Source: a virus. Taken from it: 64,000 bases of DNA. The stretch spans positions 1 through 64,000 of IMG/VR virus record IMGVR_UViG_3300003873_000002. The stretch is one strand, 5' to 3'. Under the pieces are notes generated by a model. The model saw nothing but the letters and a program-made list of their open reading frames with translations. It was not told where the DNA came from and did not search any database. The position numbers were made by a program, and so were the translations under genes. Positions 29,306-37,757 of the stretch are shown here, one piece after another. The stretch's first letter is position 1, and the number at the start of each line of letters is the position of its first letter.

Positions 29306-31371
29306 ATTCTACAAAATTATATGACAACATTGATTTCGACGACTTTGAAATCAGACCAATTAAAGAAAGCAATGGTTCTACTGATGATATTGGTGCATTG
29401 CCAAATAATGTCTTAGCTGTTGTAAGAGGACCGGCATTTGTCCCAAATGGTTATTCAAGAAATGGTCGTTTTTACCCGAAGGAATTGTGGGAAAATGTCA
29501 TCAATGATGAGAAAACCAAGAGTGCTTTAGACCGTAAATTAATGTTTGGTTGTATAGGACACCCAACAGGGGAATACACATTAGATCAATTGCTAGAATC
29601 AGGCAAAGTTTCTCATATAGTCACCAGTATCGAAATCAAAAATAATATGGGTATAGCAGAGTATAACATACTAAATACACCATCTGGTAGAATTTTAAAC
29701 GCAGTTATTTCCGCGGGATCACGGCTTTATGTATCCACCCGCGGATTTGGTGGTTATGCACAAGGCGTTAAAAAACATAATGGCATGACATATAAAATAC
29801 TTGATAAAAACAATTTTGCAATCGAGTCTATTGATTTTGTCATCAGTCCAGGCTTTTTAGAAGCTGACCCATCATTAACAGAATCATTAAAAGGCGATTT
29901 ATTAGAATTGGCTGATGATAAAGCTAAAATTAGATGTGATGAAGGTATTTGTGATTTGGCCACAAAGGTTGTAGAAGATAGTAAAAAATCAAATAACGAT
30001 AACACCAATAATGAATTTATTGATGAATCTAAATCATCGTTAGAATCCAAAACAGAATCCGAAAATGACGCGAATGGCGCGAATGACGCAAATGACGCGA
30101 ATGACGTATTCAACGATTTGAACAGTCTTAATAAAGATTCTTTAATAGAAATGATTAAAAACATTTCTAATGAAAACAATCAGTTAATTGAAAATATCAC
30201 GACAATCAACACATATAACAAACTCAATAAAGATGCAGAGACAGGCAATAGCCAAGATAATGATACAACACCAGTGGATGATGTAGAAAGCACTCTAGTC
30301 AAAAAACGCATCTTTATCTCTTATATCGAGCTGATTTATAACCTGATTAAGAATGACACAAATTATGAAAAAGAGCGGTATGTATTATCTGGTGTACTTG
30401 ATAAAGATAACACACTAACACAAGAATTGGTTACAAAAGTAAAACAAGCAGCAAATGACCTTTTATCAAAAAGCGTATTTGACTCAGTTAAAATACTTGC
30501 AACGAAAATAGCAAATATCGATATTAATTTGGAAGTAATCAAAGGAGCCAATGTTAAATCAGAAGCCATAACATCACCAATCTTTTTTGATGCATTGGGG
30601 TCAATTGACGAAACAATCGAAGCAGCATTATCGATTATACATGAAAATACAAAAAAAGACGCAACTAAAGATGCCACTATCAGCAAATTATTAGAAAATA
30701 TGCAAACTATTTCTGAAAAGTCGCATAATAATGAAAAATTGGTTGCTGCTCACAAAGAAACAATATTATCATTATCTGAAAAAATTATTGAACAAAAAGA
30801 AATCATGCAAGATAAATTGTCACAAAATGAACAAATGATTTTGGATGAGAAGTCAAATACACAGCGTCTTGAAGGTTTATTGCGAGATAAAAACAACAAA
30901 ACAAAAATTATAGAAAATGATTTGAATGATAAAGTTACACGCCTTGAAAGTGATGTAAAGGAAGCTTCATTATTACTGGCAGATGAAAAAAATAATTTGA
31001 ATATGGTATCTATTGAACTTAGTGAAGTCAAGGATAAAAATGATAAATTGATAGATGAAGTCGAAAAAAATAAAAAACTTAGTGAAGACTACGCCAATGA
31101 AATTGAATCATATAAAAAAGAAGTTACTAAATTACTTGTAAAAAATTATTCTTTAAGATTCCCAAAACTCGATGAAGATTTTATCTTATCCACAATCGAA
31201 AAATTTGACGAAGATGATAAAAGAATAAACGCATTTAAATCCAAAGAAAAACGCACTGTATCAATTTATGAATCAAATACACGCGTAGGTGTCGTTGGTG
31301 ATGATGTCAAAATCATAGCAAAAGAAGCAAAAGAGTCCACTAAATCGACTTTCTTGAAAAGCTTACTATAA
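29302..31371 (+). CDS. Prohead protease (gp21-like) fused to coiled-coil scaffold
   Basis: NGRFYP, GHP, VSH, LNTPSG, VSTRGFG, DFVISPGF, then long acidic coiled coil. Confidence 0.9.
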   Translation: MNSTKLYDNIDFDDFEIRPIKESNGSTDDIGALPNNVLAVVRGPAFVPNGYSRNGRFYPKELWENVINDEKTKSALDRKLMFGCIGHPTGEYTLDQLLESGKVSHIVTSIEIKNNMGIAEYNILNTPSGRILNAVISAGSRLYVSTRGFGGYAQGVKKHNGMTYKILDKNNFAIESIDFVISPGFLEADPSLTESLKGDLLELADDKAKIRCDEGICDLATKVVEDSKKSNNDNTNNEFIDESKSSLESKTESENDANGANDANDANDVFNDLNSLNKDSLIEMIKNISNENNQLIENITTINTYNKLNKDAETGNSQDNDTTPVDDVESTLVKKRIFISYIELIYNLIKNDTNYEKERYVLSGVLDKDNTLTQELVTKVKQAANDLLSKSVFDSVKILATKIANIDINLEVIKGANVKSEAITSPIFFDALGSIDETIEAALSIIHENTKKDATKDATISKLLENMQTISEKSHNNEKLVAAHKETILSLSEKIIEQKEIMQDKLSQNEQMILDEKSNTQRLEGLLRDKNNKTKIIENDLNDKVTRLESDVKEASLLLADEKNNLNMVSIELSEVKDKNDKLIDEVEKNKKLSEDYANEIESYKKEVTKLLVKNYSLRFPKLDEDFILSTIEKFDEDDKRINAFKSKEKRTVSIYESNTRVGVVGDDVKIIAKEAKESTKSTFLKSLL

Positions 31372-31417
31372 ACAAGGACAAACAAGGACAAACAATGTCA
31401 AACAAGGACAAACAATG
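31371..31417. repeat. Tandem repeat (AACAAGGACA / AACAATGTCA)x4.7
   Basis: Spans from stop codon to next ATG and supplies AAGGA RBS-like sites. Confidence 0.9.
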
Positions 31418-31687
31418 CTTAGAACGATTATAGAGAATATTAAAAACACAATTGATACAAAAACTGAGAAACTAAATCCAAAATCAGAGATATCCAAATT
31501 TAAAAATGGTTTTTTAATCATCCGAAATGGTAAAACAAAAATGGTGTATAACCCAATTGATGATAACTGGGAAAAATATATAGACGATTCCAGTAATAAA
31601 ATGGATGATTTCATATTTGTGTCTAAATTAGTCGCAACAAAAAATCTATGGGTTGCAGATTCTTCTTATGATAGAACACAAAAATAA
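31415..31687 (+). CDS. Hypothetical head-module protein
   Basis: 90 aa between scaffold and major capsid gene. Confidence 0.65.
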   Translation: MLRTIIENIKNTIDTKTEKLNPKSEISKFKNGFLIIRNGKTKMVYNPIDDNWEKYIDDSSNKMDDFIFVSKLVATKNLWVADSSYDRTQK

Positions 31688-31710
31688 ATATAAAAATAAC
31701 AATATTTTAA

Positions 31711-31727
31711 AATTAAATAAAAACAAT
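31711..31727 (+). promoter_or_regulatory. Candidate late promoter AATTAAATAAAAACAAT
   Basis: Identical 17-mer also at 37495 upstream of the sheath unit; core resembles T4 late TATAAATA. Confidence 0.55.
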
Positions 31728-31893
31728 GATTTAACTATGCGTTAGCACCGAATGGCGTATGTGTAACAAACAGTGCAAAAGCACAATATAAATGATACCA
31801 TGTATCCAACATCTTAATAACATAATATTAATATAAAATTATATTCAAAAAATAATACACGAATATAAGTAATTAAAAACAAAGGTTAAAAAA

Positions 31894-33288
31894 ATGAAAA
31901 ACGAACAAATTCTTGAAGAACAAGTAAACCGATTCGGCGAAAAATATAAAGAACATTTAGACTTTTTTGAGTCTAATTCTGTTAAAGCTAAAACTGAAGG
32001 CAAGGTTGGTGTTGCTGACTTAGTTTCTTTAGGTCAACAGCTTGAAAACTTCGAATCATACGTAAATTTCAGTGAAGCTAATGGGTCTATTGCTGACTTG
32101 GGTGTTATCCCTAACATCGGTATTGACGTAATTACTGCATCCGCTGCTCAATCCGCTGTCCCTTTAATGGCTGCTGTCCAACCAATTAACGAATCACAAG
32201 GTACTATTTACTTTAAAAACATCGTTGCTGCAAGCACACGTGGTAATGTATCAAATGGTCAAACACTTTTATCAGCTAAATCTGGTCGTAGAGCTTCGGC
32301 TAACGGTTATGCTGGTGAAGAAGTATTTGGCGAAGATTCTGGTGCAACCCCTGATGATAAGACCAAGACATTTAATTTTGCACTAGGTGAAGCACCAGTA
32401 AGAGCCCGTTTTGTGCAAGTTACTATCCCAGGCACTGACGTAGAATTAGTTGATAACGGTAAAGGTGACTTAATTGGTGTAGGTGGTTCTGGATCTGTTA
32501 ACTATGATTCAGGTGATGTGGCAGTTACATTCAACAAAGCACCTGCTAAAGGTACATCAATCGTTTCTTCTTATACCACTAACTTCGAAGTTATGAATGA
32601 AATCCCAACTATCCGTTCTGAGTATGAGTCTGTAGGGATCCGCGCAAGAACTTTCGCACTACGTGCTGATATTGGTTTATTCAAGTCATTTGAACTTACC
32701 AAACGTTTCGGTGAAAGCGCAAACGAATCAATTGCCAAAGATTTAACTACAGAATTAACTGCTGAAGTTTCTAACGCAGTTGTTGCTGAAGCTTATATGA
32801 ACGCAACTGATACAGTTACTTGGGATCAAACACCTCCTTCACCAACTATTTCATATACAGAGCATAAGTTGACTTTCTTTGATGCAATTGCAAACGCAGA
32901 AAGTAAAATTTTGTTATCTTCTGGTCGTTCATCTTCACAATCAGTACTTGTTGCTTCATCAGCAGCCGCTGCTATTATCCGTACATTACCTGGATTTATT
33001 CCAGCAGATGTTACCTCAAACGCAGCTGGAGCACATTTCTTCGGTACTTTAGATGGTAAACCTGTTATCCGTTCAATGACAATTCCTGGTAAAGAAATTC
33101 TTTATATTTCTAAGGGTGGCACAATGTTTGATAATTCAATCGTATATGCACCTTATATGCCATTAATGGTCACACAAATGATGAATGGTCAAGACCACAA
33201 CCCATTAAAATCACAAAAAGCTGTTGCTTTGCAAGCTGGTGTTAAAGCGGTTGTACCTCAAATGATTACTAAAATCGTTATCAAATAA
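31894..33288 (+). CDS. Major capsid protein (gp23-like)
   Basis: AVQPI, IRARTFALRA, ELTAEV, VYAPYMPL; strongly biased codon usage; terminator follows. Confidence 0.95.
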   Translation: MKNEQILEEQVNRFGEKYKEHLDFFESNSVKAKTEGKVGVADLVSLGQQLENFESYVNFSEANGSIADLGVIPNIGIDVITASAAQSAVPLMAAVQPINESQGTIYFKNIVAASTRGNVSNGQTLLSAKSGRRASANGYAGEEVFGEDSGATPDDKTKTFNFALGEAPVRARFVQVTIPGTDVELVDNGKGDLIGVGGSGSVNYDSGDVAVTFNKAPAKGTSIVSSYTTNFEVMNEIPTIRSEYESVGIRARTFALRADIGLFKSFELTKRFGESANESIAKDLTTELTAEVSNAVVAEAYMNATDTVTWDQTPPSPTISYTEHKLTFFDAIANAESKILLSSGRSSSQSVLVASSAAAAIIRTLPGFIPADVTSNAAGAHFFGTLDGKPVIRSMTIPGKEILYISKGGTMFDNSIVYAPYMPLMVTQMMNGQDHNPLKSQKAVALQAGVKAVVPQMITKIVIK

Positions 33289-33303
33289 TCATTTTTTATT
33301 AAA

Positions 33304-33327
33304 TTGTCACCTCGGTGGCAATTTTTT
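33304..33327 (+). terminator. Rho-independent terminator
   Basis: TTGTCACC-tc-GGTGGCAA then T6. Confidence 0.8.
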
Positions 33328-33513
33328 ATTTTGACTTGCTTTAGTTTATTATTAATTATTAATTTATTAACTGTTTTTAACTGTTTTTAACTGTTTTTAA
33401 AATATTGTCAAATATGTAATTAAATAATACTGATAATATCGATAATAAATTAAAGCACAGCAAGTCAAAATAAAAAATTGTATTGTGAATGAATGTTAAA
33501 AAAGGAATAATCA

Positions 33514-33933
33514 ATGTCAAATAAAATTTATTTTAAAAATAATTCAGATGGCCAAGCCGTCGTCAAAATCAATAATAAAATTATTGTTTTTGGTAGTAAT
33601 GAAATTAAAGAACTTTTTATTAGAAAACAAGATATTGTTGTATACCCAACCAATTGTTTTACAACATCAAAATTAAAAATTGATCCTGTTTATAAAGATG
33701 TTGAACAAAATGAAGATCTAAATACCAAATCTATTCAAAACAAGCAACAAAACACACAGACTGAGCCACAAAAGAATACATGTGCTGAGGATACCACGAA
33801 AGTAAAACAGACAACAACTAAAAAAACTAAAGTTGGTGTGAAAAGAGTACAAACAGTGGGCAATTCTAAAACAACTAAAACAACTAAAACAACTAAAACA
33901 ACCAACACAACCAACACAACTGATACAAAATAA
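33514..33933 (+). CDS. Hypothetical virion protein with T/K-rich repeat tail
   Basis: AAGGA RBS; 9-nt TTK/TTN repeats. Confidence 0.7.
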   Translation: MSNKIYFKNNSDGQAVVKINNKIIVFGSNEIKELFIRKQDIVVYPTNCFTTSKLKIDPVYKDVEQNEDLNTKSIQNKQQNTQTEPQKNTCAEDTTKVKQTTTKKTKVGVKRVQTVGNSKTTKTTKTTKTTNTTNTTDTK

Positions 33934-33949
33934 TATTAGGAATAATAAA

Positions 33950-34570
33950 ATGAAAAAACTTATCAAAGATATATATGGTGTACTTAAAGAAGATAATAGA
34001 ATCGAAGTAAGTATGGCAGATAATGTAGTAACTATTAAAGAAAAAGAAAACGAAAAACAAACCAAAACGGAAAGCACTTCTGAATCATTAAATATCAATG
34101 ATTATATTAAATTATTTGAGCCAACTGCGATTTTAACAGATACACCCGATGGGTTTAATATTGAGCCAAAAACTCGCACACCGTTAAAATTAATGGTTAT
34201 TCTATATGCACTGTTTGATGATAAATATGATTTTAAAGTAGATAAAAATCTACTGCATGTTACTCCAAAAAAAGACAAATCAGAAAGTGTGCAACCCGAT
34301 TCATCAGATAAAAACGTAGATAAAAACGTAGATAAAAACGTAGATGAATCTGATGTTGATATTTCAGTAATTGCAACAGCAATTGTGGAGTCACATGATG
34401 TTTTGGGTGCAAAAATAGAGAGCATCACTATTACGGATGATAATACTATTGAGGTTTACACAGAACAGTTGGACTTATTTAGTGCTAATTTTGAACAATT
34501 AGGTTATAACAACCTTATTATTAATTTATATGATGATAAAGCTATCATCGAAAAAATAGAGAGCAAATAA
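33950..34570 (+). CDS. Acidic putative head core/internal protein
   Basis: DKNV repeats; head-module context. Confidence 0.6.
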   Translation: MKKLIKDIYGVLKEDNRIEVSMADNVVTIKEKENEKQTKTESTSESLNINDYIKLFEPTAILTDTPDGFNIEPKTRTPLKLMVILYALFDDKYDFKVDKNLLHVTPKKDKSESVQPDSSDKNVDKNVDKNVDESDVDISVIATAIVESHDVLGAKIESITITDDNTIEVYTEQLDLFSANFEQLGYNNLIINLYDDKAIIEKIESK

Positions 34571-34572
34571 AA

Positions 34573-35190
34573 ATGAAAATTATTGATAACCGCAAAAAAA
34601 ACGGATTTTACGCACCACAAAAACAGGATGCCATTGATTCACTTGTTAAAGAAGGTTATGTTGTGTTAACCAACGAAGAATTTGAACGAGTTAATAAGGC
34701 AGTATCTGATAAAATTGGCGAAGGCCACTCTGAAATGAATATTGTTGATGCACAGTCATTGCTTGAATCAAAAGGTTATACCGTACTCACACAAGATGAA
34801 TTAGATCTTATAGAAGATCAAATTCAGGAATGGAAAGACAAAGAAATTAAAAAATTGCTCGCTAAAGAAGAACCTAAAGAAGAACCTAAAGATGGGTCTA
34901 AAGAAGAACCTAAAGAAGAACCTAAAGATGGGTCTAAAGAAGAACCTAAAGAAGAGTCTAAAGAAGAGTCTAAAGAAGAGTCTAAAGAAGAGTCTAAAGA
35001 AGAGTCTAAAGAAGAGTCTAAAGAAGAGTCTAAAGAAGAGTCTAAAGAAGAGTCTAAAGAAGAATCTAAAGAAGAATCTAAAGTAAGTGTTGTTGAATCG
35101 CGCTTAAACAATCTAATTGGCACCAAAATCACAGAAGATTCGTCAAAATCAGATAAAGTGGCATATTTAAACTCACTTTTAAAAAGTTAA
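34573..35190 (+). CDS. Acidic core/scaffold-like protein with KEE(P/S) repeats
   Basis: 12-nt repeats; C-terminus LNSLLKS resembles scaffold ending FLKSLL. Confidence 0.65.
   Translation: MKIIDNRKKNGFYAPQKQDAIDSLVKEGYVVLTNEEFERVNKAVSDKIGEGHSEMNIVDAQSLLESKGYTVLTQDELDLIEDQIQEWKDKEIKKLLAKEEPKEEPKDGSKEEPKEEPKDGSKEEPKEESKEESKEESKEESKEESKEESKEESKEESKEESKEESKEESKVSVVESRLNNLIGTKITEDSSKSDKVAYLNSLLKS
34864..35082. repeat. In-frame 12-nt tandem repeat (AAAGAAGAGTCT and variants), ~18 copies
   Basis: Directly visible. Confidence 0.95.
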
Positions 35191-35196
35191 TAATAT

Positions 35197-35781
35197 ATGA
35201 CACTTGAAGAATTAAACGCATTTGTTTTGGTAAACTCAAACCAATACTATATTGGTGAATCTAATGTAGAAGTGGATCTTCAGGTGTTGGATGGTATTGC
35301 AAACAGGGCAATAGGTATTTTTGGTAATTATAGACCATCAATACAATTTGCTCTTGTTGATATACAAAGCCAAGAAACAAAATTAGCAGACTATAATGGT
35401 GTGCCTATTTTGGATATTTCTGATTTATATGTCACACATCCATTATTAACTGAAGTACCGATTAAGGTGCAATCACATTGGAAATATCTTAAAGATAATA
35501 ATACATTATATACCACAATGTTAACCGGCAAATATTATGCCAAAATGTTTACGTTGCCCACATTGTGCGATATCCAACTTTCAGAAACACAATTCTTGAA
35601 TATAGTGATTGGGTTATATCTTCAATATGTTGGATCGGTTAGAAAAGGGTTTACACTAAATGATATTCCTATTTCAAACGATGGTGCTGAATTATATGCA
35701 AAAGGCGAAGAGCTGGTAGCAAAGGCAATTGAAGATTTGCAATCTTTTGATTCGACTTGGTATATGGCAGTAGAGGATTAA
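35197..35781 (+). CDS. Neck / head-tail connector protein (gp13-like)
   Basis: NDGAELYAKGEE ending and position. Confidence 0.65.
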   Translation: MTLEELNAFVLVNSNQYYIGESNVEVDLQVLDGIANRAIGIFGNYRPSIQFALVDIQSQETKLADYNGVPILDISDLYVTHPLLTEVPIKVQSHWKYLKDNNTLYTTMLTGKYYAKMFTLPTLCDIQLSETQFLNIVIGLYLQYVGSVRKGFTLNDIPISNDGAELYAKGEELVAKAIEDLQSFDSTWYMAVED

Positions 35782-35811
35782 TTATGGTATATAAATACGT
35801 AGGTATCACAT

Positions 35812-36003
35812 ATGAAAATTGATGAGGGCATTTTAAGCCTGGTTGTAAATACACTGAAATTTAACGCTGTTGTTTTACAAAGAGGGAATTTTATTACTTT
35901 GAGAGTAAAATTACCATTTTCAAAATCAGATATATCAATAAGCGTTCAAAAAGAAACATTCAAACAATTTAAAGAATGGATAAACAGTATTGAAAACGTT
36001 TAA
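35812..36003 (+). CDS. Small hypothetical protein
   Basis: TATAAATA upstream, AGGT RBS, hairpin downstream. Confidence 0.6.
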   Translation: MKIDEGILSLVVNTLKFNAVVLQRGNFITLRVKLPFSKSDISISVQKETFKQFKEWINSIENV

Positions 36004-36047
36004 CCGGTTAATCCGTTAATCGTTTAATAGTTATACTAGGATTATTT

Positions 36048-36069
36048 AAGCCCCTTAGGGGGTTTATTT
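36048..36069 (+). terminator. Hairpin / probable terminator
   Basis: AAGCCCC-ttag-GGGGTTT then ATTT. Confidence 0.55.
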
Positions 36070-36138
36070 ATATAATTAATATAAAACTCATTAACATATT
36101 AACACCAATATGATTATTAATTAAACAGTAGGTATCAT

Positions 36139-36711
36139 ATGTTACATTTAATCACAACATCACTTCAAAACGCAACTAAAATCTCTATAGGGATAAATAC
36201 GAAGCTTTTTGGTATAAACTGCAAAATATATTACCCTCAACATATCGGGTTATATGCAGGTCAACACGATGACGTAACATACAACGATACTGAAGATGAT
36301 GAATTATTGCTCCTAATACCAACACTATTATCTCAAATAAACGAATCAAAAGGTGTATATGATAATTTATCAGTTGATGAATTTATTTGTTACACAAATC
36401 AAACTGTAAATTTTCCAAGGCATACAAAAATTGTTGCTATGTCAGAAAATAACGGCGATGTTTCATTTAAGGTAGAAAACACAGAAACAATTAACACGCA
36501 TGTGGGTGAAATATTGCATATACATTCGCTATCACCATTTATGAGCATCAATAGAGCAGATAGTGAGTTAAAAGAATTGCAAGACGAACTCAGATCAGAT
36601 TATTTAGAAGATTTAAATGATTTTAAAGCAACGGACCATCAGGATATTACTGAGGTTAATAATAGTATATTAACAACACCAAGTAAACTAAAGTATAAGA
36701 AAGTTAAATAG
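36139..36711 (+). CDS. Putative neck / head-closure protein
   Basis: Position; LFGINCKIYYP motif. Confidence 0.5.
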   Translation: MLHLITTSLQNATKISIGINTKLFGINCKIYYPQHIGLYAGQHDDVTYNDTEDDELLLLIPTLLSQINESKGVYDNLSVDEFICYTNQTVNFPRHTKIVAMSENNGDVSFKVENTETINTHVGEILHIHSLSPFMSINRADSELKELQDELRSDYLEDLNDFKATDHQDITEVNNSILTTPSKLKYKKVK

Positions 36712-36723
36712 GTGGGGGAGTAA

Positions 36724-37500
36724 ATGCAAAACAAAATACAACACGCGATATTCCAATATCTTACAGATTATTTTGCTGAGTATGGGATAGCATTAAATTT
36801 TAGATATGATGAGGATTTAAACGTACTAGAAGAATTTAGGCGGTCAAATGAGCTTAGAATTAACAACCAAGGCACATACGAAAATCTAATTGAAAAAATA
36901 ACAACAGATGATAATGGCACCGTGCTACATAATATGGGTTTATATAATAGAACACCTATCAAAAGATCAGATGTAATAGGAAACAACCTTAATCTTGAAG
37001 TGTACTCACAATCAACTGTAGATAAGACAGAAGTAGAAATTAGAGATGCATTTTATGGTGAGGTTGGTTTCAATGTTAAAATATTATGTGATAATTATGA
37101 AGTTAGTGATATAATTGAATTATTGTATGTTGCTAACTTCTCAAACAAAACAAGCACAATTAAAGTAGATTATGATTTTGGGAGTGATGTTGAACCATTA
37201 ACTGAAGTTGAATACAATGTCACATTCAATGAAATTTCGTTTGTAGGAAAGGTCAATGAGAGTTCGCTGAGATATTTAGATTTTGATATTGATGTTTCTG
37301 GTTTATTCTTCATGCCTTATTATACAAATGAATACAAGCTTCGGGGTATTGAGCTGCATCTTATGGTTATACCTGTGGATGAAGGCATTAAATCACAAGA
37401 ACCCAGATTCGATGTATGTGATAAAAACATCCCATCAACATCTAATGAACTCACCACAGAAGAGATGAAATGGCACAAAGGGCCAGGCCATCCTAATTAA
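36724..37500 (+). CDS. Putative tail terminator / sheath stabiliser
   Basis: Position upstream of sheath; beta-rich acidic protein. Confidence 0.5.
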   Translation: MQNKIQHAIFQYLTDYFAEYGIALNFRYDEDLNVLEEFRRSNELRINNQGTYENLIEKITTDDNGTVLHNMGLYNRTPIKRSDVIGNNLNLEVYSQSTVDKTEVEIRDAFYGEVGFNVKILCDNYEVSDIIELLYVANFSNKTSTIKVDYDFGSDVEPLTEVEYNVTFNEISFVGKVNESSLRYLDFDIDVSGLFFMPYYTNEYKLRGIELHLMVIPVDEGIKSQEPRFDVCDKNIPSTSNELTTEEMKWHKGPGHPN

Positions 37501-37553
37501 ATAAAAACAATCAATCAGTTTGGTTGTTTTTTTACTTTATTAAAGGACAAAAA

Positions 37554-37739
37554 ATGAAAGTTAAAATTTTTAATATTTCTACAGTAATTCAATATGTTGA
37601 TCTTGTTGGTAATGAAAATGCTGATGATACAATTGTATTGGGGCCCAAAATGGGTGCAGTAGAGGTAGATTTATCTGAGACCAGATTTTTAGAATTATCT
37701 AAAGAATTTGCCAGAAAATTATCACTACGCAAATTATAA
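37554..37739 (+). CDS. Small hypothetical virion protein
   Basis: AAGGA RBS before ATG 37554. Confidence 0.65.
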   Translation: MKVKIFNISTVIQYVDLVGNENADDTIVLGPKMGAVEVDLSETRFLELSKEFARKLSLRKL

Positions 37740-37757
37740 TAAAATAAGGATTATATA

